From Gammaproteobacteria bacterium (GTDB lineage Bacteria > Pseudomonadota > Gammaproteobacteria > Eutrophobiales > Eutrophobiaceae), in the NCBI GenBank assembly GCA_041556555.1, contig JBFFIE010000006.1, forward strand, positions 5,452 through 69,451: a stretch of DNA of 64,000 nucleotides, in the 5' to 3' direction. Under the pieces are notes generated by a model that saw only the letters and a program-made list of their open reading frames with translations, did no database searches and had not been told where the DNA came from. Positions 1 to 11,952 of this stretch are shown piece after piece (position 1 is the first letter of the stretch; each line of letters begins with the position of its first letter). A program made the position numbers and the translations under genes.

Positions 1-1
1 C

Positions 2-646
2 ATGGCAGTATTGAAGCCTTTACGGGTTGTGATTACAAATTATCCGGAAGACCATACCGAAATGCTGGAAGCACCCTATCACCCCAATAAGGAAGATTTG
101 GGTAGCCGGGAAGTGCCGTTCTCTCGCGTGCTTTACATTGAGCAGAATGATTTCATGGAAGACCCGCCAAAGAAATTTTTCCGGCTTGGACCAGGTCGCG
201 AAGTCAGGTTACGTTATGCTTACTTTATTACCTGTCATGATGTGATTAAAGATGAGGAAACCGGAGAGATCATTGAATTGCGCTGCACGTATGATCCAGA
301 GACCCGCGGCGGTAATGCCCCGGACGGTCGCAAGGTCAAGGGGACCATACACTGGGTCTCGGCGGAACATGCATTGAATGCAGAAGTCAGGCTATATGAT
401 CGGCTGTTTACTGTACCGGAACCCGGTCGGCAGGATGACTGGCATAAAGCACTGAATCCGGATTCGGTCGTGACCCTGACTGAAGCTGCGCTGGAGCCTG
501 GCTTGACAGAAGCTGAGCCGGAAGAACAGTTCCAGTTTGAACGTATTGGCTATTTCTGCGCTGACAGAAAAGACAGTCTTTCAGGTAAACCAGTATTTAA
601 CCGGACAGTGACTTTGAGAGATTCCTGGGCCAAGCAGAAAAAATAA
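2..646 (+). CDS. glnS: Glutaminyl-tRNA synthetase, C-terminal anticodon-binding part (5' end of the gene lies outside the window)
   Basis: The ORF is open at the window edge. The translation matches the GlnRS C-terminal beta-barrel region (motifs LRCTYD, GTIHWVS). Confidence 0.8.
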   Translation: MAVLKPLRVVITNYPEDHTEMLEAPYHPNKEDLGSREVPFSRVLYIEQNDFMEDPPKKFFRLGPGREVRLRYAYFITCHDVIKDEETGEIIELRCTYDPETRGGNAPDGRKVKGTIHWVSAEHALNAEVRLYDRLFTVPEPGRQDDWHKALNPDSVVTLTEAALEPGLTEAEPEEQFQFERIGYFCADRKDSLSGKPVFNRTVTLRDSWAKQKK

Positions 647-656
647 CAGCGTTACG

Positions 657-1460
657 TTAGCGATAGATATTCCTGCTGTAAAAGATCTCTTCAATTTCTT
701 CCCGCAAGCGTTTTTCAATCGAAATCTTCTGCTCTATCTCAATATCGTCAGCAGATATATCAAACAAGTAGGTGTCCAGGTCGAATTCCTTGAGCATCAT
801 TTTTGTGTGGAAGATGTTTTCTTCATAGATATTCACATCAACCATTCGATACTTTGCCTTGGTTTCATCATCTATAAAGTTTTGAATGGAAGTAATCTCA
901 TGATCGATATAGTGCTTGGTTCCAGATGTATCACGGGTAAAGCCGCGTACCCGGTAATCCATGCTGACAATGTCAGATTCGAAACTGTGAATCAGAAAAT
1001 TCAGGGCCTTCAGTGGCGAGATTTCGCCACATGTGCTGACGTCTATATCGACCCGAAAGGTACTGATACCAAAATCCGGATGGTTTTCCGGGTAGGTGTG
1101 CACGGTCAAATGACTCTTGTCAAGGTGGGCAACCACCGTTTCCGGTGTCGGACCTGGTGATTCTGCATTGGTGACTCCCGGTATGGCCGGTGCCTCTTCG
1201 GAAATCAGTATGGTGACGCTTGCGCCCAGTGGTTCATAATCAGCCTTGGCAACATTGAGGATATTTGCACCGATGATCGAGGCCACATCTCTCAGGATTT
1301 GGGTCAATCGATCCGAGTTATAGGCTTCGTCGATATACTCCATGTATTCCTTAATCTGCTCTTCGGAGCGTGCATAACAGACATCGTAGATATTGAAGCT
1401 CAGTGTCTTGGTCAGGTTATTGAAACCATGCAGACGGATATTCCCGCTTGAGTTTGTCAT
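657..1460 (-). CDS. speD: S-adenosylmethionine decarboxylase proenzyme
   Basis: 267 aa with near full-length similarity to E. coli SpeD. Shared motifs include [22 protein letters not shown] and a KEFDL-type C-terminus. ATG start; its start overlaps the upstream ORF by 4 nt. Confidence 0.9.
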   Translation of the reverse strand: MTNSSGNIRLHGFNNLTKTLSFNIYDVCYARSEEQIKEYMEYIDEAYNSDRLTQILRDVASIIGANILNVAKADYEPLGASVTILISEEAPAIPGVTNAESPGPTPETVVAHLDKSHLTVHTYPENHPDFGISTFRVDIDVSTCGEISPLKALNFLIHSFESDIVSMDYRVRGFTRDTSGTKHYIDHEITSIQNFIDDETKAKYRMVDVNIYEENIFHTKMMLKEFDLDTYLFDISADDIEIEQKISIEKRLREEIEEIFYSRNIYR

Positions 1461-1870
1461 GTCCGCTCTCCATAGAGATGTTCTAATGGGGGATGATAGA
1501 TCATCTGCACGGTATTGCCTTCGGGATCTTCACAGTAAAAGCTCCGGGCCCCATCACGGTGGGTCCTGGGCCTGGTTTTCATCTTAACCTCGTGACTGTT
1601 AAGAAAACTATACCAGTCATCCACCAGCTCAGGCTTCTTCAGAATGAAACCAATATGATCCAGCCTCTGGGGACCTGATCCGCGCTGGTCTTTCGGGACA
1701 CGATGCAGGGCCAGATTGTCTGATCCGGAACAAAGGTAAACGTTATCAGTATCGGGGCGCCACTCAACCTCCATACCAAGCAGGTCTACATAAAATGCCT
1801 CGCAGGCTTCCAGGTTTGAGACATTCAACGCGACATGATGCATGCCGCTGGTCGCAGCCGGTCTTTGCAT
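1457..1870 (-). CDS. VOC / glyoxalase-bleomycin resistance family protein
   Basis: 137 aa. Glyoxalase-like motifs are present (HHVALNV, DHIGF). Translationally coupled to speD through an ATGA overlap. Confidence 0.6.
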   Translation of the reverse strand: MQRPAATSGMHHVALNVSNLEACEAFYVDLLGMEVEWRPDTDNVYLCSGSDNLALHRVPKDQRGSGPQRLDHIGFILKKPELVDDWYSFLNSHEVKMKTRPRTHRDGARSFYCEDPEGNTVQMIYHPPLEHLYGERT

Positions 1871-2004
1871 AACGTAGATCAGGTTAAACGGTTAAAGGGA
1901 AACGCACCTTACACCAGAGTAAGAAATTATGGAAGCTGGAGGATTCAACAGGATGGCGGCCGTGGCGAAGGTGTGGGAAAATAAAAATAAAGACCGGATC
2001 AAGC

Positions 2005-2898
2005 ATGAATACATCTCAAGACGCGCTTTACAAGGCTGATCTCTCCTCCTTGCCGCTACTTTACAGTGGCAAGGTACGTGATATTTATGAGATTGATGCC
2101 GAGCACATGTTGATAGTCACCACTGACAGATTGTCCGCATTTGATGTCATCCTGCCTGACCCAATCCCGGGAAAGGGCGTGGTATTAACCACATTATCAA
2201 ACTTCTGGTTTGCCAGGATGACCAATATAGTGCCCAATCATTTAACCGGACGATCACTCACTGATGTTATTTTTGATCCTAGGGAGCTACGAATGCTCGA
2301 GGGCCGGGCTGTCATCGTCAGAAAGCTCAAGCCCTTACCGGTAGAGGCAATCGTACGAGGTTACATTATCGGTTCTGGCTGGAAGGACTATCAGAAAAGC
2401 GGCGGAATTTGCGGCATCAATCTTCCAGCAGGTTTGAAACAGGCTGAAAAATTACCCCAACCGATATTCACCCCATCGAGTAAGGCAGACATCGGTGATC
2501 ATGATATCAATATCGGATTCTACGACGTGGTCGAAAAGATTGGTAAGGAACTGGCAGAACAAGTAAGAGATATCAGCCTGAAGATATATCAGGATGCGGT
2601 AGTTTATGCGATGGATCGTGGCATTATCATTGCAGATACCAAGTTCGAATTTGGTATGGATGAAGAAGGCAATCTGGTTCTGATTGATGAAATACTGACT
2701 CCTGATTCTTCACGTTTCTGGCCGGCGGATTCCTACCAGGTAGGTACCAGCCCGCCAAGCTTTGATAAACAATATGTCCGGGATTACCTGGAGACACTGG
2801 ACTGGGATAAATCTCCACCTGCTCCCAGGCTGCCCGAGGAAGTAATTAAAAACACCGCAGCCAAATACCGAGAGGCTCAGGAGAGACTGACAAAATAG
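2005..2898 (+). CDS. purC: Phosphoribosylaminoimidazole-succinocarboxamide (SAICAR) synthase, long form
   Basis: 297 aa. SAICAR synthetase motifs are present ([19 protein letters not shown]). Confidence 0.85.
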   Translation: MNTSQDALYKADLSSLPLLYSGKVRDIYEIDAEHMLIVTTDRLSAFDVILPDPIPGKGVVLTTLSNFWFARMTNIVPNHLTGRSLTDVIFDPRELRMLEGRAVIVRKLKPLPVEAIVRGYIIGSGWKDYQKSGGICGINLPAGLKQAEKLPQPIFTPSSKADIGDHDINIGFYDVVEKIGKELAEQVRDISLKIYQDAVVYAMDRGIIIADTKFEFGMDEEGNLVLIDEILTPDSSRFWPADSYQVGTSPPSFDKQYVRDYLETLDWDKSPPAPRLPEEVIKNTAAKYREAQERLTK

Positions 2899-2912
2899 AG
2901 GAGGCAATAAAC

Positions 2913-3554
2913 ATGTCAGGACTGGAAAAACTGAAATCTGGTTTTAGAAAATTCAGAAAACATTACTTTGAAGAACATCCGGAACTTTACGAAAAGCTCA
3001 CCATCAAGGGCCAGTCACCGGAGGTCCTGGTGGTAGCCTGTTGTGATTCACGGGTACACCCGGCACAGGTACTTGCTACCGAGCCCGGGGATATCTTTGT
3101 AGTCAGGAATGTGGCAAATCTGGTGCCACCTTTTGAAGATGATGGCAAGTCCCATGGTACGAGTGCCGCCATAGAGTTCGCCGTCAAGCACCTCAAGGTT
3201 AAACATATCATTGTTTTTGGACATGCCCAGTGTGGTGGTGTCAGGAGCCTGATGGAAGGAGAGCATGAAAGCCACAAGTACAGTTTTATTGACCCATGGA
3301 TGTCAACTGTACGCCCGGCGAGGGAAAAAGTACTGAAACAGTTTTCCGAAGCAGATTTTGATCGACAGTGCCGGTATTGTGAAGAAGAAGTAATCAGGGT
3401 TTCCCTGAAAAACCTGATGAGTTTTCCGTTTATCAAGGAAGCAGTTGACGCTGGCTCATTAACAGTCGGTGGCTGGCATTTTGATATCACGAAAGGCGAA
3501 ATAAACTCGCTTGATGAAAAAACAGACCAGTTTGTGTCTATACTGGGATCATGA
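2913..3554 (+). CDS. Beta-class carbonic anhydrase
   Basis: 213 aa. It carries the CCDSR...HxxCGG zinc-ligand pattern typical of beta-CA (Can/CynT type). It lies 14 nt downstream of purC. Confidence 0.85.
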   Translation: MSGLEKLKSGFRKFRKHYFEEHPELYEKLTIKGQSPEVLVVACCDSRVHPAQVLATEPGDIFVVRNVANLVPPFEDDGKSHGTSAAIEFAVKHLKVKHIIVFGHAQCGGVRSLMEGEHESHKYSFIDPWMSTVRPAREKVLKQFSEADFDRQCRYCEEEVIRVSLKNLMSFPFIKEAVDAGSLTVGGWHFDITKGEINSLDEKTDQFVSILGS

Positions 3555-3739
3555 AGTCATTATATATTTCTTTTTTTCTTTGCGTTTTTCTGGGCGCTTG
3601 CTCTGATAGCAGTGATACGGTTGATGAGCACGTCTGGAGTGATCAAGTGAAAACCATCGAAAGGGCAGAGGCCGTTGAGGGTATCATTCAGGAGTCTGTT
3701 GATCTACAGAAGCAGGAAATAGAAAGAGCGACACAGTAA
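3551..3739 (+). CDS. Small putative lipoprotein
   Basis: 62 aa with a signal peptide and an LGAC lipobox. The start overlaps the carbonic anhydrase stop (ATGA). Confidence 0.4.
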   Translation: MKSLYISFFLCVFLGACSDSSDTVDEHVWSDQVKTIERAEAVEGIIQESVDLQKQEIERATQ

Positions 3740-3845
3740 CAGCAACTGTTTCAGCAAAGTCCCCCAGGGTCTATACAGCCCAGCCGATGGCGATCATCAA
3801 GTAACCCGGGAGGTATGACTTGCTCTGGCAAGCATCTGGCGCTGG

Positions 3846-4184
3846 TCAGTGGGTGCCCTGTTTGCCAGCATCGCCGGTAAGTTTTATCAGCAATTGCTCC
3901 CTGGCGTCCTTGTCAGAAACGGACTGCATGGCATTGTTAAATAACGCCACAGCCTCGTTGTGGATCCCAAGCAACTTTTCCAGCTGCAGGTTTTCAGCAA
4001 TCGTTGGTGAGCCACCATTCTTGTATTTCTGATCGATTTCGGAGAGGAAAGTAAAATAGGCAGTCTTGGTTTCGCTCATGGAGAGATAGGCTTCCCATGC
4101 AATCTGTGCATCCGCGGGCAGTGAGTTATCTGTATCTGACATGATGGGTTTAAATATAATGAGGGGTTGGACTGTTAACTCCAA
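3846..4184 (-). CDS. Hypothetical protein (start may be the internal ATG at 4142)
   Basis: ORF of 112 aa or 98 aa. It sits directly downstream of fba on the same strand. I recognise no motif in it. Confidence 0.35.
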   Translation of the reverse strand: MELTVQPLIIFKPIMSDTDNSLPADAQIAWEAYLSMSETKTAYFTFLSEIDQKYKNGGSPTIAENLQLEKLLGIHNEAVALFNNAMQSVSDKDAREQLLIKLTGDAGKQGTH

Positions 4185-4214
4185 CCCGTCATTTACTTAT
4201 CTTATAGAATGTAT

Positions 4215-5237
4215 TCAGGCAGCCTGCTCCATTTCTTCGCTGTATTTACCCAGACAGGCAAGGTGATTGCACTTCTCACGATGCAGTAAGGCTGCCTGTG
4301 CGGCGGCAACATTTTCGGAATCGCCGGCCCAGGTCTTGAGGCAAGGTTCCTGCAGGGCACGACCATATGAAAAACTGAGTGGCCATGGAAGATCAGGGAA
4401 GTTCTTATTCATCTCATTCAAATGCGCTGTCGCGAGCTCGGCACTCTGTCCGCCTGAAAGAAAAACAATACCAGGCAGCGCAGCCGGCACGGTCTGTAAC
4501 AGGCAATGCACTGTCTTTTCTGCCACTTCTTTGACGCCAGCCTGTTCCTTGCACTTCTTGCCGGAGATGACCATGTTGGTTTTAAGTATCGTGTGTTCAA
4601 TGCTGACATCCAGTTTGAACAGGGCATCAAACACGGTCTTCAGGGTCATGCGGGTGACATCAAAACAGGTATCGATGGTGTTGTCAGCATCCATCAAGAC
4701 CTCGGGTTCGATGATGGGTACGATCCCGGCCTCCTGGCAGAGGCCAGCATAACGGGCCAGAGCATGGGCGTTGGCGTCGATACAGGCCATGCTCGGGATG
4801 CCATCACCAATCGTAATCACGGCCCGCCATTTTGCGAACCTGGCACCCAGTTGCTTGTATTCAGCAAGGCGATCGCGCAAGCCATCCAGGCCTTCCGTGA
4901 TCTTTTCACCCGGGTGACCGGCAAAATCCTTGGCGCCGGTGTCAACCTTGATGCCGGGCATAATGCCTTGCTTGATCAACGCCTCAGCAAACGGTGTACC
5001 ATTGTTCGTGGACTGACGAATGGTCTCGTCAAACAAGATCATGCCACTGATATAGTCCGCACCTCCGGGATTAGTAATCAGCAGGTCACGGTAATTCCTG
5101 CGAGATTCTTCTGTAGATTCAATATTTATGCTGTCAAAGCGTTTTTTTATTGTCGGAAAGCTTTCGTCTATGGCCAGTATGCCTTTGCCCTTGGCCACCA
5201 TTGCCTCGGCGGTTTTTTGAAGTTCATCTGCGCTCAT
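4215..5237 (-). CDS. fba: Fructose-bisphosphate aldolase, class I (eukaryote-type)
   Basis: 340 aa. Similarity to class I aldolase runs the full length. The active-site lysine region is present. Confidence 0.85.
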   Translation of the reverse strand: MSADELQKTAEAMVAKGKGILAIDESFPTIKKRFDSINIESTEESRRNYRDLLITNPGGADYISGMILFDETIRQSTNNGTPFAEALIKQGIMPGIKVDTGAKDFAGHPGEKITEGLDGLRDRLAEYKQLGARFAKWRAVITIGDGIPSMACIDANAHALARYAGLCQEAGIVPIIEPEVLMDADNTIDTCFDVTRMTLKTVFDALFKLDVSIEHTILKTNMVISGKKCKEQAGVKEVAEKTVHCLLQTVPAALPGIVFLSGGQSAELATAHLNEMNKNFPDLPWPLSFSYGRALQEPCLKTWAGDSENVAAAQAALLHREKCNHLACLGKYSEEMEQAA

Positions 5238-5309
5238 GGGTCTGCCTCTGTCAATATTTTAAGTTTATGCCGGATTATATTAATCCTGTTCAGCCACGAC
5301 CAGTCCCGC

Positions 5310-6752
5310 CTAAAGCGAGTGCTCGACGGCTTCGCCTACCTTGATAATTTTCATGTTGTTGGTTCCACCGCGTTTGCCCAGCAAATCACCTTTGGTGATG
5401 ATGATGTAGTCCCCATCATCAAGATAGCCCATGCCCATGAGATCATCGATGATTTCGCGGTTGGCGGCCAACGGGTCGGTATGAGTGATATCAAATTTCA
5501 CAGGGTAGACTCCACGGTAAAGTGTCACCCGTCGCCGGGTGGATGCATGCCGTGTGAATGCAAATATCGGAATGTTGGAACTGATGCGCGACATCCACAG
5601 GCAGGTTGAGCCGGTCTCTGTCAAGGCGGCAATGGCCTTGGCGCCCATGTGATTGGCTGAATACATTGTGGCCATGGCGATGGCCTCGTCAATGGCCTCG
5701 AAGCGCTGGTTGATGCGGTGATCGGAGACTTGCACGACACGCTGTTTCTCTGCTTCTTCGCAGATGCGGGACATCGCCTCCACGGCCCGGTCTGGATAAC
5801 GACCGATGCTGGTTTCCGCCGACAACATGACTGCGTCGGTGCCGTCAAGTACGGCGTTAGCCACATCAAATACCTCGGCGCGGGTCGGGATCTGGTGTTC
5901 GATCATGGACTCCATCATCTGGGTAGCCGTGATAACGGCCCGATCCATATCACGGGCCATCTTGATTAGACGTTTCTGAACCGGGGGAAGGGCAGCATCG
6001 CCGATCTCTACCCCCAGGTCGCCGCGGGCTATCATGATGGCGTCGGATGCTTCGATGATTGCCTCGATATTTTCTACTGCTTCAGTTCTCTCGATCTTGG
6101 CAATAATGCGAGCCTTGTTGCCCAGATCGTCAAGCATCTTGCGGGCCTGGTGTACATCATTGGCACCGCGGGCGAACGAGATTGCAATAAAATCCGCACC
6201 GATCTTTACCGCATGTTCAAGGTCTATCTTGTCCTTTTCTGTCAAGGCGTTCGCTGAAAGCCCACCTCCCTTGCGGTTGATTCCCTTGTTGTTGGAGAGC
6301 CTCCCGCCCGTGATGACCTTAGAAATTACCCTGGTGTCCTCGACTGCCTCGACCAGTAGCACAATATGGCCGTCATCGATCAGCAAATTATCACCGGGGC
6401 GGACATCCCGTGGTAATTCCTTGTAGGTTACACCTACCGCATGTTTATCGCCCTGGTCTGAAGCGAGCCTGGTATCAATAATAAATTCATCGCCTTCCTT
6501 GAGCTGAATCGGACTCTTTTTGAACTGCTCGATTCGAATCTTGGGGCCCTGCAGGTCGGCAATGATACCGACTGCCCAGTCCTTTTCCCTGGAAATCTTG
6601 CGGATTTCCTTTGCTCGGCGCTCATGGTCGGTATGGGTCTGATGGGAATAGTTCAGGCGGAATACGTCCACGCCCATTTGAAACAGCTTGTCGATAACCC
6701 CTGGCTTGTCCGTGGCCGGACCAGTGGTCGCAATAATCTTGGTTCTTCTCAT
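5310..6752 (-). CDS. pyk: Pyruvate kinase
   Basis: 480 aa. The N-terminus reads MRRTKIIATTGPA, and the central and C-terminal domains are typical of pyruvate kinase. Confidence 0.9.
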   Translation of the reverse strand: MRRTKIIATTGPATDKPGVIDKLFQMGVDVFRLNYSHQTHTDHERRAKEIRKISREKDWAVGIIADLQGPKIRIEQFKKSPIQLKEGDEFIIDTRLASDQGDKHAVGVTYKELPRDVRPGDNLLIDDGHIVLLVEAVEDTRVISKVITGGRLSNNKGINRKGGGLSANALTEKDKIDLEHAVKIGADFIAISFARGANDVHQARKMLDDLGNKARIIAKIERTEAVENIEAIIEASDAIMIARGDLGVEIGDAALPPVQKRLIKMARDMDRAVITATQMMESMIEHQIPTRAEVFDVANAVLDGTDAVMLSAETSIGRYPDRAVEAMSRICEEAEKQRVVQVSDHRINQRFEAIDEAIAMATMYSANHMGAKAIAALTETGSTCLWMSRISSNIPIFAFTRHASTRRRVTLYRGVYPVKFDITHTDPLAANREIIDDLMGMGYLDDGDYIIITKGDLLGKRGGTNNMKIIKVGEAVEHSL

Positions 6753-6788
6753 TTAGTGTTAGTTTAATGTCCCCGGGGATGTTTACTG

Positions 6789-8000
6789 CTAGTATTCCCG
6801 GGCCCTTTCCATCAAGGCCCAGGCACGGGCGGATTCTTCCAGTATTTGCACCGCGGGCAGCTTTTTCCCCTCCAGAAACTCGAGAAAGGCCCCACCTCCG
6901 GTGGAGATGTAAGAAATGTTGTCAGCAACATCAAACTTGGCGATGGCGGAAAGGGTGTCTCCGCCACCGGCTACCGAGTAGGCATCACTTCTGGCAATGG
7001 CTTCTGCCACTTTTCTAGTGCCAAGACTGAACTGTTCAAACTCAAATACCCCAAGCGGACCATTCCAGACGATAGTCCTGGCCTTTGTGATCATATCGGC
7101 AAAACGGTCTGCAGTTTCCGGTCCAATATCGAGGATGAGATCATCATCCTCTATGGCATCCAGAGGCTTGATGGTTGCCGTGGCATCTTCAGAAAATGAT
7201 TTTGCACAGCTGACATCAGTGGGCAGTGGTATCTCAGCGCCTTTTTGTCTTGCCTTGGCGATTAGTTTCTTCGCATTATCAACAAGCTTGTCCTCACACA
7301 GGGATTTGCCGATGGTATGGCCCCCGGCCTTGAGGAAAGTATTGGCAATGCCGCCACCGACTATCATTTGATCAACAAGATCTAGGAGTGATTCCAATAT
7401 GGTCAGCTTGGTCGATATCTTTGAGCCACCAACAATGGCTAACAAAGGTTTTTCAGGTTTTTTGATAATCGCTGACAGGGCCTTAAGCTCAGCAATTAAC
7501 AGCGGACCTGCGCAGGCGATCGGCACATACTTGGCCACACCGTGGGTTGATGCCTGGGCACGATGTGCTGTGGCAAAGGCATCATTTACATAAACTTGGC
7601 ACAGGTTTGCCATTTGCCGGGCCAGTTCATCATCGTTGGCCTTCTCGCCTTTCTGGAAACGGACATTCTCACATAGCACGATATCGTTTGATTCCAGATC
7701 CACACCGTCGATCCAGTCCCTGATCAGTGGCACATCGCGGCCCAGTAATTCAGACAGTTTTTTTGCAACCGGTGCCAGTGAAAAAGCCTCGTCAAACTGT
7801 CCCTCTTCAGGGCGCCCGAGGTGTGAAAGCAGGATGATCTTAGCGCCGCTATCAAGAATGGACTGCAAGGTAGGCAGACTGGCCCTGATTCGGGTGTCAT
7901 CTTCAATTACGCCGTTTCTGAGCGGGACATTGTAATCTTCACGGATCAAGACCCGTTTTCCGCTCAGATCCAGGTCGGCAATTTTCAGAAGATCGGACAT
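6789..8000 (-). CDS. pgk: Phosphoglycerate kinase
   Basis: Similarity to PGK runs the full length. The ORF as called begins at a TTG at 8009. The ATG at 8000 gives an MSDLL... N-terminus that aligns with known PGK starts. Confidence 0.85.
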   Translation of the reverse strand: MSDLLKIADLDLSGKRVLIREDYNVPLRNGVIEDDTRIRASLPTLQSILDSGAKIILLSHLGRPEEGQFDEAFSLAPVAKKLSELLGRDVPLIRDWIDGVDLESNDIVLCENVRFQKGEKANDDELARQMANLCQVYVNDAFATAHRAQASTHGVAKYVPIACAGPLLIAELKALSAIIKKPEKPLLAIVGGSKISTKLTILESLLDLVDQMIVGGGIANTFLKAGGHTIGKSLCEDKLVDNAKKLIAKARQKGAEIPLPTDVSCAKSFSEDATATIKPLDAIEDDDLILDIGPETADRFADMITKARTIVWNGPLGVFEFEQFSLGTRKVAEAIARSDAYSVAGGGDTLSAIAKFDVADNISYISTGGGAFLEFLEGKKLPAVQILEESARAWALMERAREY

Positions 8001-8016
8001 ACCATTCAATCCATGG

Positions 8017-9030
8017 CTAGTTTGCGTTCACCAACGCGATTGTGGTGTCCAGCATGCGATTGGAGAAACCCCATTCATTATCATACCAGGCAACTATCTT
8101 GACCAGTGTGCCGTCAATGATCTTGGTCAGGCCTGCATCGTAAGTTGATGAGGCTGGGTCATGGTTGAAATCAATGGAAACCAGCGGTTCATTGTTGTAG
8201 GCGAGGACACCCTTTAAGGCACCTTCCGCTGCATCTTTCATGAGTGAATTGATTTCCTCGATACTAGTCTCACGTGCCGCCTGGAAAGTAAGGTCAACCA
8301 TAGACACGTTGATGGTCGGCACACGAACGGCATAACCATCCAACTTGCCGTTGAGTTCCGGCAATACCAGGCCGACTGCCGCCGCCGCACCGGTCTTGGT
8401 CGGGATCATGGACATTGTCGCAGAACGGGCCCGGCGCAGGTCTGAGTGATAGACATCAGTCAGTACCTGATCATTGGTATAGGCGTGCACCGTGGTCATA
8501 ATGCCGTGGATCATCCCGATGTTTTCATGGACGACCTTGGCAACCGGCGCCAGACAGTTTGTAGTGCAGGACGCATTGGAAATCACAGTGTCGGAACTTT
8601 TCAAAACGTTCTCGTTGACACCGAATACCACAGTGGCATCGACATCATTAGCACCCGGAGCGGAAATGATGACTTTCTTTGCCCCGCCCTTGAGGTGTGC
8701 GGATGACTTTGCCTTACTGGTGAAGAGTCCAGTGGACTCATGCACAACCTCAACCCCCAAGTCACCCCAGGGAATTTTGGCCGGGTCGCGTTCTGAAAAG
8801 ACCTTGATGGCCTTGCCGTTAACGATCATGTTATCGCCTTCAACCGTGACCGTCCCCGGGAACCGTCCATGTGCTGTATCAAACCGCGTTAAATGGGCAT
8901 TGGTTTTGGCATCACCCAGGTCATTAATCGCGACAATCTCGATTTCATCTGTGCGATTGGATTCGAACAGTGCCCGCAGGATATTGCGGCCGATTCGACC
9001 ATAACCATTAATGCCTACTTTTATTGCCAT
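8017..9030 (-). CDS. gap: Type I glyceraldehyde-3-phosphate dehydrogenase
   Basis: 337 aa. The [13 protein letters not shown]-binding motif and the SCTTNC active-site motif are both present. Confidence 0.9.
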   Translation of the reverse strand: MAIKVGINGYGRIGRNILRALFESNRTDEIEIVAINDLGDAKTNAHLTRFDTAHGRFPGTVTVEGDNMIVNGKAIKVFSERDPAKIPWGDLGVEVVHESTGLFTSKAKSSAHLKGGAKKVIISAPGANDVDATVVFGVNENVLKSSDTVISNASCTTNCLAPVAKVVHENIGMIHGIMTTVHAYTNDQVLTDVYHSDLRRARSATMSMIPTKTGAAAAVGLVLPELNGKLDGYAVRVPTINVSMVDLTFQAARETSIEEINSLMKDAAEGALKGVLAYNNEPLVSIDFNHDPASSTYDAGLTKIIDGTLVKIVAWYDNEWGFSNRMLDTTIALVNAN

Positions 9031-9077
9031 TGCTAACTCTCCGCTTGCTTTATCATTGCTTATTCTGTGATTTGTGC

Positions 9078-11072
9078 TTACAGCATCAGATTGATTTTTT
9101 GTTTCAGACTGTCCTCATTCAGCCCGAGGTAATCATAAACATCTGGTCCCGGCGCAGACTCTCCAAACCGATCAATACCCAGTACCTCACCGTCCAGGCC
9201 AACGTACTTGCGCCAGTAATCGCTGACACCAGCCTCGACGGCAATACGCTTGCGACAATCAGGGGGCAGAACCATATCACGATATGGGGCATCCTGCGCA
9301 TCAAAAACATCGGTACATGGCATGGAGACCAGCCGTATGCCATTACCTTGATTGTTCATTTCCTTGACGACGTTATAGGCCAGCCCGGTTTCAGAACCCG
9401 TGGCGATGACGACAAGTTCTGGTGAACTGGAACCTTCGATAAGAACATATCCCCCTAGCCCGATAGCCTCGATCTGTGCAGCAGTCCTTGGGATGTGTTC
9501 CAGGTTTTGCCTCGAGAACAACAGGCTGGTAGGGCCATGCAAATTCTCAATCGCCGCCTTCCAAGCCACTGCGGATTCAACGGTATCCGCAGGACGCCAG
9601 ACCGACATGTTCGGTATCAGTCTCAGAGTTGCAGCCTGTTCGACGGCCTGGTGAGTCGGACCGTCCTCACCCAAGCCGATAGAATCATGGGTAAGGATAA
9701 AGATATTCCGTTGTTTCATCAGTGCCGCCATGCGCAGGGCATTGCGGGCATAATCTGAAAAAATCAGAAAGGTAGCGCCATAGGGTATAAAGCCGCCATA
9801 CAAGGCAATGCCACTATTGATAGCGCTCATACCAAACTCGCGCACACCATAATAAATGTAGTTCCCGTCCGGTGTGTCTGCGGTATTGGTTTTTGAACCC
9901 GACCAGATGGTCAGGTTGGAACCGGCGAGATCGGCAGAACCGCCAATCAGTTCCGGCAACAGCGGACCGAATGCTTCCAGCGTATTTTGCGATGCCTTAC
10001 GGGTGGCTATGGTTTCGCCCTTGTCTGCGGTGTTCTTGATAAATTCTGCCGTTGCCGTTTGCCAGTTATCTGGCAGCGACTTGTCAATGCGACGTTTGAA
10101 TTCACTGGCAAGTTCGGGGTATTTGTCCTGGTAAGTCTTGAACACGTCCTGCCAGGCCGCCTCGAGGTCCTTGCCTTTTTGCCTGGCATCCCAGCCTTCA
10201 TAGTATTCATCCGGAATGACGAAAGGTTCATATTCCCAGCCCAGTTGCTTGCGGGCCAGGGCCACTTCATCCGCACCCAGGGCGGCGCCGTGACTGGATT
10301 CCTTGCCCTGCTTATTGGGTGAGCCCCAACCAATGATGGTATGGCAGACGATGAACGAGGGTTTGTCCGTTTCCTTGCGCGCCAGTTCAAGCGCGGCCTT
10401 GACCTGTTCAGCGTCGTGACCCTCCACATCACGGATCACATGCCAACCGTAGGCTTCCATGCGTGTCGCAGTATCATCTGTAAACCAGCCTTTCACATCA
10501 CCGTCGATAGAGATTTGGTTGCTGTCATAGATGCAGATCATCTTGCCCAGTTTGAGGGTACCGGCCAGTGAACAGGCTTCATGTGAAATGCCTTCCATCA
10601 GGCAGCCGTCGCCTGCAGACACATAGGTGTAGTGATCGATAATATTGATCCCGCCCCGGTTAAACTGGGCAGCCAGGGTACGTTCGGCAATAGCCATACC
10701 CACGGCATTGGCCAGGCCCTGCCCCAGCGGGCCGGTAGTGGTTTCAATGCCAGGGGTGTCGCCATATTCCGGATGGCCGGGTGTTTTCGAGTGCAGCTGC
10801 CGGAAATTCTTGATCTCTTCCATCGACAGGTCGTAACCGCTGAGATGCAGTAATGAATAAAGCAACATTGACCCATGGCCGTTGGACATAACAAACCGGT
10901 CCCGGTTAGGCCAGTGCGGGTTGGCCGGGTTATGCTTCAGAAAATCATTCCACAGTACTTCCATGATGTCGGCCATGCCCATGGGGGCACCGGGGTGACC
11001 GGATTTGGCCTTTTCAACTGCATCCATGCTGAGCGCACGAATGGCATTGGCTAGTTCACGCCTTGAAAGCAT
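9078..11072 (-). CDS. tkt: Transketolase
   Basis: 664 aa. It has the thiamine-diphosphate-binding N-terminus ([10 protein letters not shown]) and a transketolase C-terminal domain. It is the first gene of the tkt-gap-pgk-pyk-fba block. Confidence 0.9.
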   Translation of the reverse strand: MLSRRELANAIRALSMDAVEKAKSGHPGAPMGMADIMEVLWNDFLKHNPANPHWPNRDRFVMSNGHGSMLLYSLLHLSGYDLSMEEIKNFRQLHSKTPGHPEYGDTPGIETTTGPLGQGLANAVGMAIAERTLAAQFNRGGINIIDHYTYVSAGDGCLMEGISHEACSLAGTLKLGKMICIYDSNQISIDGDVKGWFTDDTATRMEAYGWHVIRDVEGHDAEQVKAALELARKETDKPSFIVCHTIIGWGSPNKQGKESSHGAALGADEVALARKQLGWEYEPFVIPDEYYEGWDARQKGKDLEAAWQDVFKTYQDKYPELASEFKRRIDKSLPDNWQTATAEFIKNTADKGETIATRKASQNTLEAFGPLLPELIGGSADLAGSNLTIWSGSKTNTADTPDGNYIYYGVREFGMSAINSGIALYGGFIPYGATFLIFSDYARNALRMAALMKQRNIFILTHDSIGLGEDGPTHQAVEQAATLRLIPNMSVWRPADTVESAVAWKAAIENLHGPTSLLFSRQNLEHIPRTAAQIEAIGLGGYVLIEGSSSPELVVIATGSETGLAYNVVKEMNNQGNGIRLVSMPCTDVFDAQDAPYRDMVLPPDCRKRIAVEAGVSDYWRKYVGLDGEVLGIDRFGESAPGPDVYDYLGLNEDSLKQKINLML

Positions 11073-11285
11073 TAATTTCTCCGCTGATTGGATGGTGATA
11101 TGAACGACAACAGAGCCGGATGTGTTACAAGACTGAAGTGTCCGCCGTTTTCAACGGATTGATATTATTCTCGGTATTTCAGTCAAGACCACGGAACGTG
11201 GAATCCCCGCCAGACGCTGTTCATACAGAAACGGCGTATTTTCACCCAGTCACGCGGGATGGGCAAGTTCAAGGTGGTTAGAGTT

Positions 11286-11843
11286 TTATGATTTCCGCCA
11301 TTTGATCGAGCAGCCCTGACTGATGAATTGCTCCTCCGGACCGTGCCCGGTTTCAGCGATCTGTTTCATGGCCTCAACAAGATCCCGTCTGGTATCGGTT
11401 GGTGCCGGTTGCATGCCACTGGCATCCAGCCTGCCCCGGTATTGCAACTCGAGGTCAGCGTTGTAGCCAAAGAAGTCCGGTGTGCAAACGGCACCGTAGG
11501 CCTTCGCAACCTCCTGTGTTTCGTCGATGAGATAGGGGAAGGGATAGGCGAATTTATCGGCGATCTTTTTCATATTATCAAATGAGTCTTCCGGATAATC
11601 CTCCGGGTCATTTGCCATGATGGCGACACTATTGATGCCGTATTTTTGCATTTCGCGTGTGTCCTCGACCAGACGTTTCTGGATAGCTTTCACATAGGGG
11701 CAGTGATTACAGATGAACATAACGAGGGTGCCTTTATCACCACGACAGTCTGACAATGACCAGTCCTTGCCATCAGTGCCGCGTAATTTGAAATCCGGTG
11801 CTGGCAGGCCAAAATCGCATACCGGGGTTTGCATTAGCGCCAT
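11286..11843 (-). CDS. Thioredoxin-fold protein (AhpC/TSA/TlpA-like) with a CxxC motif
   Basis: 185 aa. It contains the motif FICNHCPYV. It lies upstream of tkt on the same strand. Confidence 0.55.
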   Translation of the reverse strand: MALMQTPVCDFGLPAPDFKLRGTDGKDWSLSDCRGDKGTLVMFICNHCPYVKAIQKRLVEDTREMQKYGINSVAIMANDPEDYPEDSFDNMKKIADKFAYPFPYLIDETQEVAKAYGAVCTPDFFGYNADLELQYRGRLDASGMQPAPTDTRRDLVEAMKQIAETGHGPEEQFISQGCSIKWRKS

Positions 11844-11952
11844 AAAATCCTCCCTAAGTTTTTGACTCTAGTGTATCAAATGCAAAGGCCGTGTATTTAT
11901 GGAAGTTACACGTTAGAATGCCGCGTTTTAAACCGGATGGGCAGGAAACCCG

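Noticed and set aside
4267-5609. Long plus-strand ORFs of 161 and 367 aa, antisense to fba and pyk.
   Set aside because: They lie entirely inside well-supported aldolase and pyruvate-kinase genes on the opposite strand. They have no recognisable motifs and a low-complexity composition typical of antisense frames in GC-balanced genes.
9024-10894. Multiple plus- and minus-strand ORFs of 70-140 aa overlapping tkt and gap.
   Set aside because: These are shadow ORFs inside highly conserved genes. They have no ribosome-binding sites or motifs.
11844-11952. Possible SAM riboswitch in the metK leader.
   Set aside because: I could not identify SAM-I, SAM-II or SAM-V conserved cores in this 109-nt spacer. 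Only a possible -35-like TTGACT is present.
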